From a virus (Duplodnaviria; Caudoviricetes), in IMG/VR virus record IMGVR_UViG_3300025073_000989: a stretch of 64,000 nt of DNA; one strand, 5' to 3'. Both the position numbers and the translations under genes were made by a program. Below are positions 21,632-30,477 of the stretch, one piece after another. Each line of letters starts with the position of its first letter. The stretch's first letter is position 1. The notes beneath the pieces were generated by a model, which saw only the letters and a list, made by a program, of their open reading frames with translations, was not told where the DNA came from and did not search any database.

Positions 21632-22163
21632 CGTTATTTGCTTCTGCCTTTTTTATATCATCTACATCATACCTATTTCCTGGAGTTTTAGTTAGTTGTT
21701 CAAGTGCGATACCCTGTTCTAGTTTTAATTTTCTAGCTCTATCTTCCATTGCATGTTTTTTAATATTGTCAAAAGCTACAGCTAGGTCTACAATAGATAA
21801 ACCTTTAAATTCATTAGGATCCAGCCTATCTCTTCTCCGTAAAGATAAACTTTCTTTTATTTTTTCTGTTTGTTTTCTTAGTTTTTCTATTGAAGTTGAT
21901 ATATCTATTTGTCTATCTGGTTTATCTTTACTTGTTTTTAGTAATCTTATTTCCAACACTCTGTTCATTGAAAGGGATATTATATCATCTAGGTCTGCTG
22001 AAGATAAATCATCTTCATCAAAATCCTTAATATAAATATCAACCAACGTATTATAAATATCTAATTCCTCTTCATTAAATAGATCTTTTGCCGGAAAAAT
22101 TTCTTTTAATAGCTTTTTTGCTGAAGGAGGGCTTTTCGGCCTTCCTGATCCAGAACCACCCAT
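21621..22163 (-). CDS. Putative terminase small subunit
   Basis: Helical 180 aa immediately upstream of and overlapping terL. Confidence 0.5.
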   Translation of the reverse strand: MGGSGSGRPKSPPSAKKLLKEIFPAKDLFNEEELDIYNTLVDIYIKDFDEDDLSSADLDDIISLSMNRVLEIRLLKTSKDKPDRQIDISTSIEKLRKQTEKIKESLSLRRRDRLDPNEFKGLSIVDLAVAFDNIKKHAMEDRARKLKLEQGIALEQLTKTPGNRYDVDDIKKAEANNDDY

Positions 22164-22176
22164 ATTGATTGGTCTC

Positions 22177-22608
22177 CTAAAATAGTTTACCTACAATTAT
22201 ATTATTTAATATACAATACTCTTTAAGTTCTAAAATAAATTCAGGAGTAAGTTCGTGACTAAATAGTTCTATGTTCTGACCATAATCAATTTCTATTTTT
22301 CTTATATTACTCATGGCCCGTTCAGTCTTTACATCATCACATTCATCTATAGCATCACTAGTAGAATTTAACCACTTACAAAGACTATCATCCGTTACCC
22401 TACAATACTTATCTATAATCTCTTTAGAAACAGGATGTTGTCTTCTAAAGTATAATATCAATGTCCTGGATATTTTATCTTTAGTTTCCTGTTTATGTTT
22501 TTGTCCTATTTTTGAATCACTAATAGCTTTCTTACTAGCATCACTCAATTTGAAACCTAAAGGTCTACCCCTTCGCCTAATCCTCATTAAGTTCCTCCAC
22601 TGCAGCAT
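22177..22608 (-). CDS. NUMOD3-motif DNA-binding protein
   Basis: GFKLSDASKKAISDSKIGQKHKQETKDKISR tandem NUMOD3-like motifs; no nuclease motif seen. Confidence 0.6.
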   Translation of the reverse strand: MLQWRNLMRIRRRGRPLGFKLSDASKKAISDSKIGQKHKQETKDKISRTLILYFRRQHPVSKEIIDKYCRVTDDSLCKWLNSTSDAIDECDDVKTERAMSNIRKIEIDYGQNIELFSHELTPEFILELKEYCILNNIIVGKLF

Positions 22609-22909
22609 ACTGATTACATTGTGAACAAATCACCCCTACCGTATTAACACTTACATATTTTACACTACCACAACTTTGGCATCTGGCTACTTTTTGTCTA
22701 GTGGCTTTTTTTGGTTTAGAAAAAGAAAAAGGCAGATTTTTATTATCATCCACCAGTTTACTTTCTTTATGAATATGCTCTCTGTGTTTTTTTAAACCAA
22801 TAGTTGGCTCGTACCGTCTTCCTTTCTCTCCTGGAGATAATTCACGACCTCCATCCATTACTGAGTTTTTTACATATTTAGAAATAGCCTTAATAGCTTC
22901 ATTGTTCAT
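22577..22909 (-). CDS. Zinc-ribbon protein
   Basis: C-terminal CQSC...CSQC. Confidence 0.55.
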   Translation of the reverse strand: MNNEAIKAISKYVKNSVMDGGRELSPGEKGRRYEPTIGLKKHREHIHKESKLVDDNKNLPFSFSKPKKATRQKVARCQSCGSVKYVSVNTVGVICSQCNQYAAVEELNED

Positions 22910-22930
22910 ATATAAACCCCAATATTTATT

Positions 22931-23545
22931 TTATCTTTTATAATTAACTTCAATAAAACGCTTACTAGCAATATAATCTGAGAGATATAGACATAATTCC
23001 TCAGGCGTATATTCACTTAATGGTTTTTTCCACTCACCTGACCCCCATAAACCATAATGATAACCGCAACAGTTATGAACAACGGTATATTGCTCATCAG
23101 TAAGTATACCAGTATCTTGTTGAATCATTGCTACATGCTTAGCGGCTAAATCTGGATGGTTTTTAACAGTATGCCCAGTTTTAATTTTTCCTTGTTTTAA
23201 ACCGTCATGTAAAAGAGCAGATAACAACAATAAATCCCTAGATTCCTCAATACCCATAGCCCTACATAAATCATAAACAACAGTGAATACCTTCTTAGTG
23301 TGTTTTAAATTTCCATCAGAGGTCAAATCTGAAACCGGATGGTACTTCCCACTAGAAGAGGAAGCACAATCATTAAAAAAATATGAGGGAAGTGTTACTA
23401 TAGCCAGTCTAGCAAATTCCCTAACACTTTTATCAAAAATTAAACCTAACTCATCTTTAAATAACTCTATTTTCTCTTCTGCAGTTAATTCCTTTGCCAT
23501 ACAAATCCCCTTTAACTCACTATCTAGCTTTAATAGTAAACTCAT
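22931..23545 (-). CDS. HD-domain phosphohydrolase
   Basis: SSSGKYHP...H...ALLHDGLK...H...HYG...SDYIAS motifs. Confidence 0.8.
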   Translation of the reverse strand: MSLLLKLDSELKGICMAKELTAEEKIELFKDELGLIFDKSVREFARLAIVTLPSYFFNDCASSSSGKYHPVSDLTSDGNLKHTKKVFTVVYDLCRAMGIEESRDLLLLSALLHDGLKQGKIKTGHTVKNHPDLAAKHVAMIQQDTGILTDEQYTVVHNCCGYHYGLWGSGEWKKPLSEYTPEELCLYLSDYIASKRFIEVNYKR

Positions 23546-23750
23546 CTGATTCCATATTTATCTTTTCTATAGTTGTAGACTGATGATTTGGGTTATACCC
23601 AGGCTGCGGAAAAGAACCACCATCACCTCTATAACTTCTAGACACACCTTCAAACTTTATAAATCTGTCTTTCTTATCTTCAGATAGTGGGTATCTGGTT
23701 TTATACTTTATAAAATACGGAGTTGCAAAATCCTCTATAGCTATAGGCAT
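23520..23750 (-). CDS. Hypothetical protein
   Basis: ORF with GAGGAG RBS. Confidence 0.5.
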   Translation of the reverse strand: MPIAIEDFATPYFIKYKTRYPLSEDKKDRFIKFEGVSRSYRGDGGSFPQPGYNPNHQSTTIEKINMESDEFTIKAR

Positions 23751-23801
23751 TTTTATGTCTCCTCAAAAAAATATTTTTTTTATTTTTATAATTACTATTA
23801 C

Positions 23802-24092
23802 TTATATAGTTTTATTTTCTTCATCCAATAGTTTCTTAGCTGATAATTCACTAGCATGAGTTAATTTAGCAGCATCTATTGTTTCTTTATTAGCCGACAT
23901 AAAAGACATTACGTCCATAGCAAAATCAGTTACACTATCCCCCTGCCATTCATAATTAATGGATATGTATTCATTTTCACCTTTTTTAACACCAATAGTA
24001 GCAGCATTATATCCACTTTTGGATTTAGAAATACTAGTATACATAATCTCTGAAGCGTCAACACTTATATTTAAACCCTTTTTTTCTGCCAT
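23802..24092 (-). CDS. Hypothetical protein
   Basis: ORF with GGAGG RBS. Confidence 0.55.
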   Translation of the reverse strand: MAEKKGLNISVDASEIMYTSISKSKSGYNAATIGVKKGENEYISINYEWQGDSVTDFAMDVMSFMSANKETIDAAKLTHASELSAKKLLDEENKTI

Positions 24093-24109
24093 TTTTTCAA
24101 ATCCTCCAT

Positions 24110-24442
24110 TTATTTATCTTTTATTCTATCATCATAGTCAATATTAGTTTTAGCCAAACTTAAGAGAGTAAAGCATCCCCAAGCCGCATGAGCCAGATGA
24201 GGAAGACCGCTTTCTTTATCACTATCTTCACCCCTAAACCAAGCCCATAGATGTCTCATAATGGCACCAAATACTCTGTTCCATGATAAACCCTTTCTCC
24301 AGTTATTATCATCGTATTTTTTACTACCAAAAGTATAAACCTCTACCAACGACTCTAGCGCGTCTCCTGGAATAAGATCATATCTAAGTTTACCTTCATC
24401 ATATTTTATTCCCCCTTCCTTTTCCATAAAACAATACTCCAC
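24110..24442 (-). CDS. dATP/dGTP diphosphohydrolase domain protein (DUF5664-like)
   Basis: KYDEGKLRYDLIP...FGSKKY...NWRKG...A..RHL.AW..GED.D.ESGLPHLAHA signature. Confidence 0.8.
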   Translation of the reverse strand: MEYCFMEKEGGIKYDEGKLRYDLIPGDALESLVEVYTFGSKKYDDNNWRKGLSWNRVFGAIMRHLWAWFRGEDSDKESGLPHLAHAAWGCFTLLSLAKTNIDYDDRIKDK

Positions 24443-24455
24443 TATTTTTTAGTCT

Positions 24456-24896
24456 TTATTCAATATCTTTTAGCCAATCACTTTTGGAAACCTCAACAAG
24501 CATAGTAATATATTCTTCCATAAGAATATCTCTTTTATCCATAAGTTCTGAGATAGATAAATTATACTCATTACTATTTATAAGTCTACTTAGTACGTCG
24601 ATCTTGTACCTAGTAGTTTTCAGTATATGTACAGCATCTAGTACTGAAATTTCAGACTTACCTATAACAATAGAAGTGTCCGAATTTTCTTTATCTAGCA
24701 ACGCCCTATGGCTCTGAAGTTTATTATACATATCAAACAACTGGTTTATAGTGTTTGTATAAACACTAGCTTTAGTTTTAGAATCTATATCACTCATCAT
24801 CAAACCTTCTAGATAACTAGTAAGCTCTGATATCTTAGTTTCTATATAGTCCTTTCTTATTAAAATTTCACCTATCAACATATATAAGTACCACAC
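24456..24896 (-). CDS. Hypothetical helical protein
   Basis: 146-aa ORF in operon. Confidence 0.55.
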   Translation of the reverse strand: MWYLYMLIGEILIRKDYIETKISELTSYLEGLMMSDIDSKTKASVYTNTINQLFDMYNKLQSHRALLDKENSDTSIVIGKSEISVLDAVHILKTTRYKIDVLSRLINSNEYNLSISELMDKRDILMEEYITMLVEVSKSDWLKDIE

Positions 24897-25651
24897 CTAC
24901 TACAAAACTTAGCTACAGATCTAGACCGTTTACCGCAGGTTGAACAAACTAATTTAGTATTAACCGTTACTACTTTATTAATAGTACTCTTTGTAATAAA
25001 GTCAACACCCACTAATTTTAAAGTAATTACAGTAGATTCAGACTCTAAATTACCAACAATACCAAAATCAAAAGACTGTGATACTTCAGAACCTTTAACT
25101 GTAATACCATCATTAGTTTTCGAAGCAGTTGGTGCGCTAAAACAACAAGCAGAAGCACCATTACCATATTTAGATCTATATTTTATATTAGAAACGTTAT
25201 TAGGAGTACCATCAAAGGTACCATGAGTCCAATAAGGTTTGCTTATAGGTGTAAGCCTAGTCCTTGGCTCTTCAAACTTAAACTCTACTCGAACCAAACC
25301 GTCTTCTACTCTATCACCTCTATATCTAGAAATCTGTTTTGTTTTTTCAATAAACCTAAATTTATTTTTAATAGTGGTTCCTGACATAAATCCTATTAAA
25401 TCAAAAGTTTCATTAGGCTCTATTATCAAAGCTTTTCCATCTAAAACAACAACGCCATCTATTTCTACAGTTACCACTGCTCTACTAGAGTTTTTATTTT
25501 TTAATAACAATGAATATTCAGAACCAAAAGGTATGGATACTATACCTCCGGCCTCTCTTAATATCTTACCGCTATTTTTTACTGCCACAACAAAATTATT
25601 TTTATAAGCCATAATACACTTCTCCTTTAAAATACAAGGACCTTCAGCCAA
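24875..25651 (-). CDS. Hypothetical protein with C-terminal double zinc ribbon
   Basis: CSTCG...FCSRCG at C-terminus; real start probably the later ATG (MAYKNN). Confidence 0.6.
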   Translation of the reverse strand: MAEGPCILKEKCIMAYKNNFVVAVKNSGKILREAGGIVSIPFGSEYSLLLKNKNSSRAVVTVEIDGVVVLDGKALIIEPNETFDLIGFMSGTTIKNKFRFIEKTKQISRYRGDRVEDGLVRVEFKFEEPRTRLTPISKPYWTHGTFDGTPNNVSNIKYRSKYGNGASACCFSAPTASKTNDGITVKGSEVSQSFDFGIVGNLESESTVITLKLVGVDFITKSTINKVVTVNTKLVCSTCGKRSRSVAKFCSRCGTYIC

Positions 25652-25687
25652 AGTCCTATATGTTTATCATAGGCTGAAATAAAAAAA

Positions 25688-25909
25688 TTACACTGACTGT
25701 ATTGATGTTGCTTGAATGCCTTTATCTGTTTCTTTTAATTCAAAAGTAACAGATTGACCTGTTTTCAACGTTTTATATCCTTCCATTTCTATACTGCTAA
25801 AATGTACAAAATATTCAGTATTAGTAGTATCTCCATCTACCGTTAAGAAGCCATACCCTCTTTCATTACTAAACCACTTTACTTTACCATTAATTCTTTT
25901 TGACATCAC
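25688..25909 (-). CDS. cspA: Cold-shock domain protein (CspA family)
   Basis: GKVKWFSNERGYGFL (RNP1) and YFVHFSSI (RNP2). Confidence 0.92.
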   Translation of the reverse strand: MMSKRINGKVKWFSNERGYGFLTVDGDTTNTEYFVHFSSIEMEGYKTLKTGQSVTFELKETDKGIQATSIQSV

Positions 25910-25940
25910 ATCTCTCCTTTATTTTTATTCAAATTAACTA

Positions 25941-26387
25941 CTACCCCAACACAAACAACTCACGTTCGGCTATACGCCTATTAGTTAACCCCAATGACTC
26001 TTTGCCTCTAGCCCTATTCCATCTTAAAATCTGGTCAGCAGCCCCTTGATAATCACCAGCATTAAGTTTTTTAAGTAATGTAGATGAGGCAAAGTTACCC
26101 ATACCTATATTGTAGGTCAAAGAAACCAAAGCAGAAAACTGGTTGTTACTTATAGGAACTTTTATCAAATTAGCTACTTTATCAGCAAAAACAGACACAA
26201 CAAACCAAAGTAACTCTTCTCCCCTCTCTAAAGTTATTGGAGAATCGTTTAGTGTGACTTTAGTACCATTCTCATAAAAAGTATTTCCATAACCTATAGT
26301 AGGAACTCCAGCTGCACATAGATATGGTTTAGAACTAAAACCCTCAAACCTCTTTATTAAATCTATTCCTTTCTTTGTTAACTGCAT
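25941..26387 (-). CDS. Lysozyme/endolysin (GH24)
   Basis: IKRFEG...YLCAAGVPTIGYG catalytic motif; FSALVSLTYNIG; GLTNRRIAE. Confidence 0.92.
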   Translation of the reverse strand: MQLTKKGIDLIKRFEGFSSKPYLCAAGVPTIGYGNTFYENGTKVTLNDSPITLERGEELLWFVVSVFADKVANLIKVPISNNQFSALVSLTYNIGMGNFASSTLLKKLNAGDYQGAADQILRWNRARGKESLGLTNRRIAERELFVLG

Positions 26388-26404
26388 ATAATGCTCCTTA
26401 TTTA

Positions 26405-27394
26405 TTATAGCTGAGAGGCTAAAAGTGCCCCATTAGCCACGCAGGTCATAGGTGATTCAGCTCTTCTAACTTCACTTATACGCATTGGTAATTTTATACT
26501 ATTTACTTTATCTTTGAACATATCTGTAAATCCGGTAGCCAAAGTCAAACCTCCAGACACCACAATAGGTACTGCCTCTCTAAATACTGGTAATTCTTTT
26601 TCCCTTCTATTAAGTTCATACATTATATTTTGCAAAGCATAATTCATAACAGAACCATAATAAACAGCCACAGCTTCCATTATTTTATTAGATGGGTTAT
26701 ATAAATCCACCCCTGCTTCTTTTTCTAGTTGTATCAAAGAAGGTGATAAATCCAAAGCAGTAGCAACCGCTTGATCTATAAAATCACCAGATCTTGTTAT
26801 GCTGAATTCTACTAAGGGGTCCCCTTGATGTATCACCGCTATATTTATCATACCAGCACCAAAAGACATAGTAATTCCAGTTAAAGCATCATCTATTAAC
26901 TCACTTAGTGCTATAGCAAAAGCCTCATTTATTGGGTGACTATTATATCCCTGCTCTTTAAAAAATTTATTAAGAAGTTCGGTATGATATACAATATCGA
27001 AATTACCATCTACTGGCCTAGCTGGCACTGAATAGACTAAAGTTTCATCTCCATTACCTTTACCTATAAGGTTGCTTATAAGTAGCTTTAACATAGGTAA
27101 ACTATTCTTTTCTTTTGGAGATACTACTCCCTTACTCATAGGTCTTTTTGCTATATCATTTCTCTCTATTGCTATTTGTAGAGCATCCTCACCAACCACA
27201 ATATAAGAATCCCCATCCACTATAAAACTAGAACCTCTCTTCTCAAGAGAGGTTTTTATAGCCGAACTATTAACATCACTTTTAGGAACTATTTTATAAA
27301 AAGCATCTCTCTCCATTTTAAAAGAAGTAGTACCATCATCATTTAAAAAACCGCACACTAATAAGTTTGTACCAACATCTAAACCCTTTCCCAT
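26405..27394 (-). CDS. Actin-like ATPase (MamK/salactin-like)
   Basis: Phosphate-1 GLDVGT, connect-1 INEAFA, phosphate-2 SFGAG, SGDFID, adenosine VSGG, connect-2 VANGA. Confidence 0.85.
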   Translation of the reverse strand: MGKGLDVGTNLLVCGFLNDDGTTSFKMERDAFYKIVPKSDVNSSAIKTSLEKRGSSFIVDGDSYIVVGEDALQIAIERNDIAKRPMSKGVVSPKEKNSLPMLKLLISNLIGKGNGDETLVYSVPARPVDGNFDIVYHTELLNKFFKEQGYNSHPINEAFAIALSELIDDALTGITMSFGAGMINIAVIHQGDPLVEFSITRSGDFIDQAVATALDLSPSLIQLEKEAGVDLYNPSNKIMEAVAVYYGSVMNYALQNIMYELNRREKELPVFREAVPIVVSGGLTLATGFTDMFKDKVNSIKLPMRISEVRRAESPMTCVANGALLASQL

Positions 27395-27411
27395 CTTTTA
27401 TTCTCCTATAC

Positions 27412-28161
27412 CTATCTAGGTAAACTGCCTATAAGCGATTTAAGTTTGTTTACTTTATCGTTCAAATGATCTTTTTTAATATCTTCTTTTACTTCAATGT
27501 GCGAAACCATTGACTCTTCGTTACCTTTATCTACTGGATCTATAAAAACTGTCTCCATTACAGGCCTATCAGAAACATTAATTGAGTTAACTACATCGTC
27601 TGTTTTACTTTTAATAAAACATATAGTATCTTCTTGTAATTTTATCATATTATCTCTAGAAAGTAATTCTTTTGTTAAGGACTCTACTTTATGTTCTAAT
27701 ACTAAATTTTCTTTTTCTAAACCTATAATTTGATTTTCTAGTTTTTTTATTACACTATCTTGTCTTTCTGATCTTTCATTATTAAATTTTATAGTATTTT
27801 CTTGATCTTGTAAAGTTATTTTTAGTTTATCATTATCAGAAATATACTTTAGTATTTTTTCTTCTAGCTGATTAAACTCTTTACTATATTTTTGCTCTAC
27901 TTCATTAACTGCTATAGTAATATGCTTATTTAGTTCTATATCAAAATCTTCAGCTGTAAAATTACCGTTAGACTCTACTACTGACTGCTTAGTTATACTA
28001 GTAGTTAGTTTATCTATTTGATCTTTAAGGTTGTTCAATAAAACATCACTTGATTCATGATAAACAACATCTGGGTTTAGATGTTTTTGTAAATCCCTAG
28101 GACCTCTTCTTCCTAATAATCTATGGCCCTTTTTGCCTACGTCTTTATTATAATCCATCAC
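27412..28161 (-). CDS. Long coiled-coil protein
   Basis: About 100-aa heptad-rich central region; between clpP and actin gene. Confidence 0.7.
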   Translation of the reverse strand: MMDYNKDVGKKGHRLLGRRGPRDLQKHLNPDVVYHESSDVLLNNLKDQIDKLTTSITKQSVVESNGNFTAEDFDIELNKHITIAVNEVEQKYSKEFNQLEEKILKYISDNDKLKITLQDQENTIKFNNERSERQDSVIKKLENQIIGLEKENLVLEHKVESLTKELLSRDNMIKLQEDTICFIKSKTDDVVNSINVSDRPVMETVFIDPVDKGNEESMVSHIEVKEDIKKDHLNDKVNKLKSLIGSLPR

Positions 28162-28754
28162 TTGTTTACTATTCTTTTATATTCTACTTTGTCGATAAGG
28201 CCATACTCTTTTGCTTCTTCTGAAGTAAGCCAGTGATCTTTTTCCATATCTTTTTTAATTTTAGCAATCTTTTGTCCGGTAATAATTGAATAATGTCTAG
28301 CCATTTTGTCATAAAGCTTTTCCATCTTTTTGTAACTGTTTACCACTTCATTGAACTTACCGCTAGCGCCAGTAGACATCTCATGTATCATAATTTCAGT
28401 ATTAGGTAGAGCATATCTTTTACCTTTGGCTCCAGCAGCCAAAATAAATGAACCAGCGCTGCATACAGAACCATACCCAATAGTAACTACATCAGGCTTA
28501 ATATATTGCATAGTATCATATACAGCATACATAGCTGATACATTTCCTCCCGGACTATTGATATACATAAAAATGTCTTTTTCAGAATCATCTGACTCTA
28601 AAAACAACAACTGGCCAACAATAGCGTCAGCCATTTCTGGTACAAACTCCCCTGTTACAAAGATAATTCTATCTTTTAGCATTCTAGAGTATAAATCGTA
28701 AGCCCGTTCTCCGTCCTTGTCGTTTTTTTCAATCACATATGGAATTCTAGACAT
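28158..28754 (-). CDS. clpP: ATP-dependent Clp protease proteolytic subunit
   Basis: YDLYSRMLKDRII, YINSPGG, Ser (VCSAGS), His (MIHEM), Asp (KDHWLTSEEAKEYGLID). Confidence 0.95.
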   Translation of the reverse strand: MSRIPYVIEKNDKDGERAYDLYSRMLKDRIIFVTGEFVPEMADAIVGQLLFLESDDSEKDIFMYINSPGGNVSAMYAVYDTMQYIKPDVVTIGYGSVCSAGSFILAAGAKGKRYALPNTEIMIHEMSTGASGKFNEVVNSYKKMEKLYDKMARHYSIITGQKIAKIKKDMEKDHWLTSEEAKEYGLIDKVEYKRIVNK

Positions 28755-28821
28755 AGTAATTAATTCTCCTTAAATCTGTTAAATTAGTAAAACATTAAAA
28801 ATCAACCATTACAATAATAAT

Positions 28822-28850
28822 ATTATAATTACTATGTGTACATATGTCAA
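28822..28850 (-). promoter_or_regulatory. Perfect sigma70 promoter for clpP-coiled-coil-actin operon
   Basis: Minus strand TTGACA (28850-28845), 17 bp, TATAAT (28827-28822). Confidence 0.85.
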
Positions 28851-29019
28851 GTAAAAATCTAAAATTACTGCAACAAAAGTTAAATAAAATCTTGTTATTG
28901 TAAAATGGTTTTAGTATATCTTAAAAAGGTGCGGATGATTTTGATAAAAAAAATCAGCTGCGTTGTCTATTCTAAATTAACGATATACTATATACCGTTA
29001 TACTTGTATATTCTAGGGG

Positions 29020-29065
29020 GACATTTTTGTCACCTATATATAGTGACATTTTTGTCACCTATATA
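29020..29065. repeat. Two 21-bp direct repeats (iteron-like)
   Basis: GACATTTTTGTCACCTATATA at 29020-29040 and 29045-29065, each with a GACA-N4-TGTC dyad. Confidence 0.9.
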
Positions 29066-29073
29066 CCTGTAAA

Positions 29074-29550
29074 CTACTTGTAGAGTTCCTCTATAAAAAA
29101 ACATGAATTGTTGTTTTCATGTTTACCTAATATGTAAACATTTCTTTTTTGTTGGCCTGGTATTTTGACTTTATCTATTTTTATGTACTCCAGTCTTTCT
29201 AGGGCATTGATCCATCTTTTTATAGTTCTTGTATTGGAATGACCAAAAGCTTCTGCTAGTTTATTGTGTGTAATACTACAGGCAAGATAATTATTGTAAT
29301 AGTATTTTTTATATAAATTTAAATTATCGGCCATCGGTTTTCTCACTATCTTAGAACATAGATATAAATATAAAGTAGTCATATTGTTATTGTCTTCTCT
29401 GTATTTTTTATTATTTATGGTTGTGAATGGGAAAGGTATAAATTGTTTAACATTTATGTTCGAAGTATCAACAGTACTCATCTCTTGTTTTTTTATAAAT
29501 ACTGATACAGTATTATTTTTTTTAATTTCTTTTCTTTTTTCAGCGTACAT
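29074..29550 (-). CDS. Winged-helix replication-initiator-like protein
   Basis: LYLYL...ITHNKLAEAFGHSNTRTIKRWINALERLEYIKI wHTH pattern; iteron-like repeats just past its stop. Confidence 0.5.
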   Translation of the reverse strand: MYAEKRKEIKKNNTVSVFIKKQEMSTVDTSNINVKQFIPFPFTTINNKKYREDNNNMTTLYLYLCSKIVRKPMADNLNLYKKYYYNNYLACSITHNKLAEAFGHSNTRTIKRWINALERLEYIKIDKVKIPGQQKRNVYILGKHENNNSCFFIEELYK

Positions 29551-29646
29551 TATTATACCTCTTTTTTAATTCTTGTTTTGTACTAAAACCATTAACTATA
29601 TAAAATATAAATATTGTTTGTTGTTTGTCAAGGTTATATAAAGTAT

Positions 29647-29952
29647 CTACCACGGTTTTTTAGAAAAAATAGAACTACCTTCTTGCTCCTTAAACTTATT
29701 GCAACTTAGTACTACATGATCTAAATCCATATGCAATACAATACAGGTATTATGTACTATCACTACCTCTTCATCGTCTTCTAATTCTTCCCTTAATTTG
29801 TCTATATCTATTCCAAATTCTTCATAATTTATCGGTATTATATTTCTAGATACCAAATGTTCACATGTTTTACACAAAGTATCATCAAACAAATCATCAT
29901 CTAAGTTATATTCCATTATAGATTTTCCTTTAAATGTCCACAGTTTATACAA
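29647..29952 (-). CDS. Hypothetical Cys/His protein
   Basis: CxxCxH and C-terminal C...C motifs. Confidence 0.5.
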   Translation of the reverse strand: MYKLWTFKGKSIMEYNLDDDLFDDTLCKTCEHLVSRNIIPINYEEFGIDIDKLREELEDDEEVVIVHNTCIVLHMDLDHVVLSCNKFKEQEGSSIFSKKPW

Positions 29953-30005
29953 ATATCAGTATCACTACAGTAAATGGCACACATATAACAATAAAAAAAG
30001 TACAT

Positions 30006-30215
30006 TCATATACCTCTTTGTTTATAAGCTCTAATTCTGGTATCTATCTCCTTACCATCAACTAATTTACCTAAAAACTTAAGCCTTTTTATTTTAGCAT
30101 TAATCATGTCTGCATTTCTGTTTGATAATAGCACTTCCAACTCTTTAATAGTCATAGTGTGATAATTGTCTATTAAGAGTTTTTCTTCAGTAAAAGACCA
30201 TTCCTTTCTAGCCAT
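30006..30215 (-). CDS. Myb/SANT-like HTH protein
   Basis: WSFTEEKLLIDNY...NR...I..KIKRL pattern. Confidence 0.55.
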   Translation of the reverse strand: MARKEWSFTEEKLLIDNYHTMTIKELEVLLSNRNADMINAKIKRLKFLGKLVDGKEIDTRIRAYKQRGI

Positions 30216-30242
30216 TTAATTCCCTCCAAATCTTTATTTTAT

Positions 30243-30455
30243 TCATTGATCATCAAACCACTCCTCTAGTGATTTATTTCTAGTTCTTATTTCGCCACTT
30301 TCCAACAATTCCTTCATTATCAACATAGTAGTAACATCAACATTACCCATACTTATTACTTTATTTATATTAGCAATAAGTTCATTTTCTAGTAGTTTCC
30401 ATTCATCTATAAGTAAACAATTACCCTCATCTATTAAATCTTTTTTTTCTACCAT
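30243..30455 (-). CDS. Hypothetical protein
   Basis: ORF with GGAGGGG RBS. Confidence 0.5.
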   Translation of the reverse strand: MVEKKDLIDEGNCLLIDEWKLLENELIANINKVISMGNVDVTTMLIMKELLESGEIRTRNKSLEEWFDDQ

Positions 30456-30477
30456 AATGTGCCCCTCCTTAATTTTT

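Noticed and set aside
22931-24442. 2-aminoadenine (Z) genome pathway from HD and dNTP-diphosphohydrolase genes
   Set aside because: No PurZ-like gene is visible; both domains are common in ordinary phages
26405-27394. Nucleus-forming jumbo phage (PhuZ/chimallin) system
   Set aside because: The filament candidate is actin-fold, not tubulin, and no chimallin-like gene is recognised in this window
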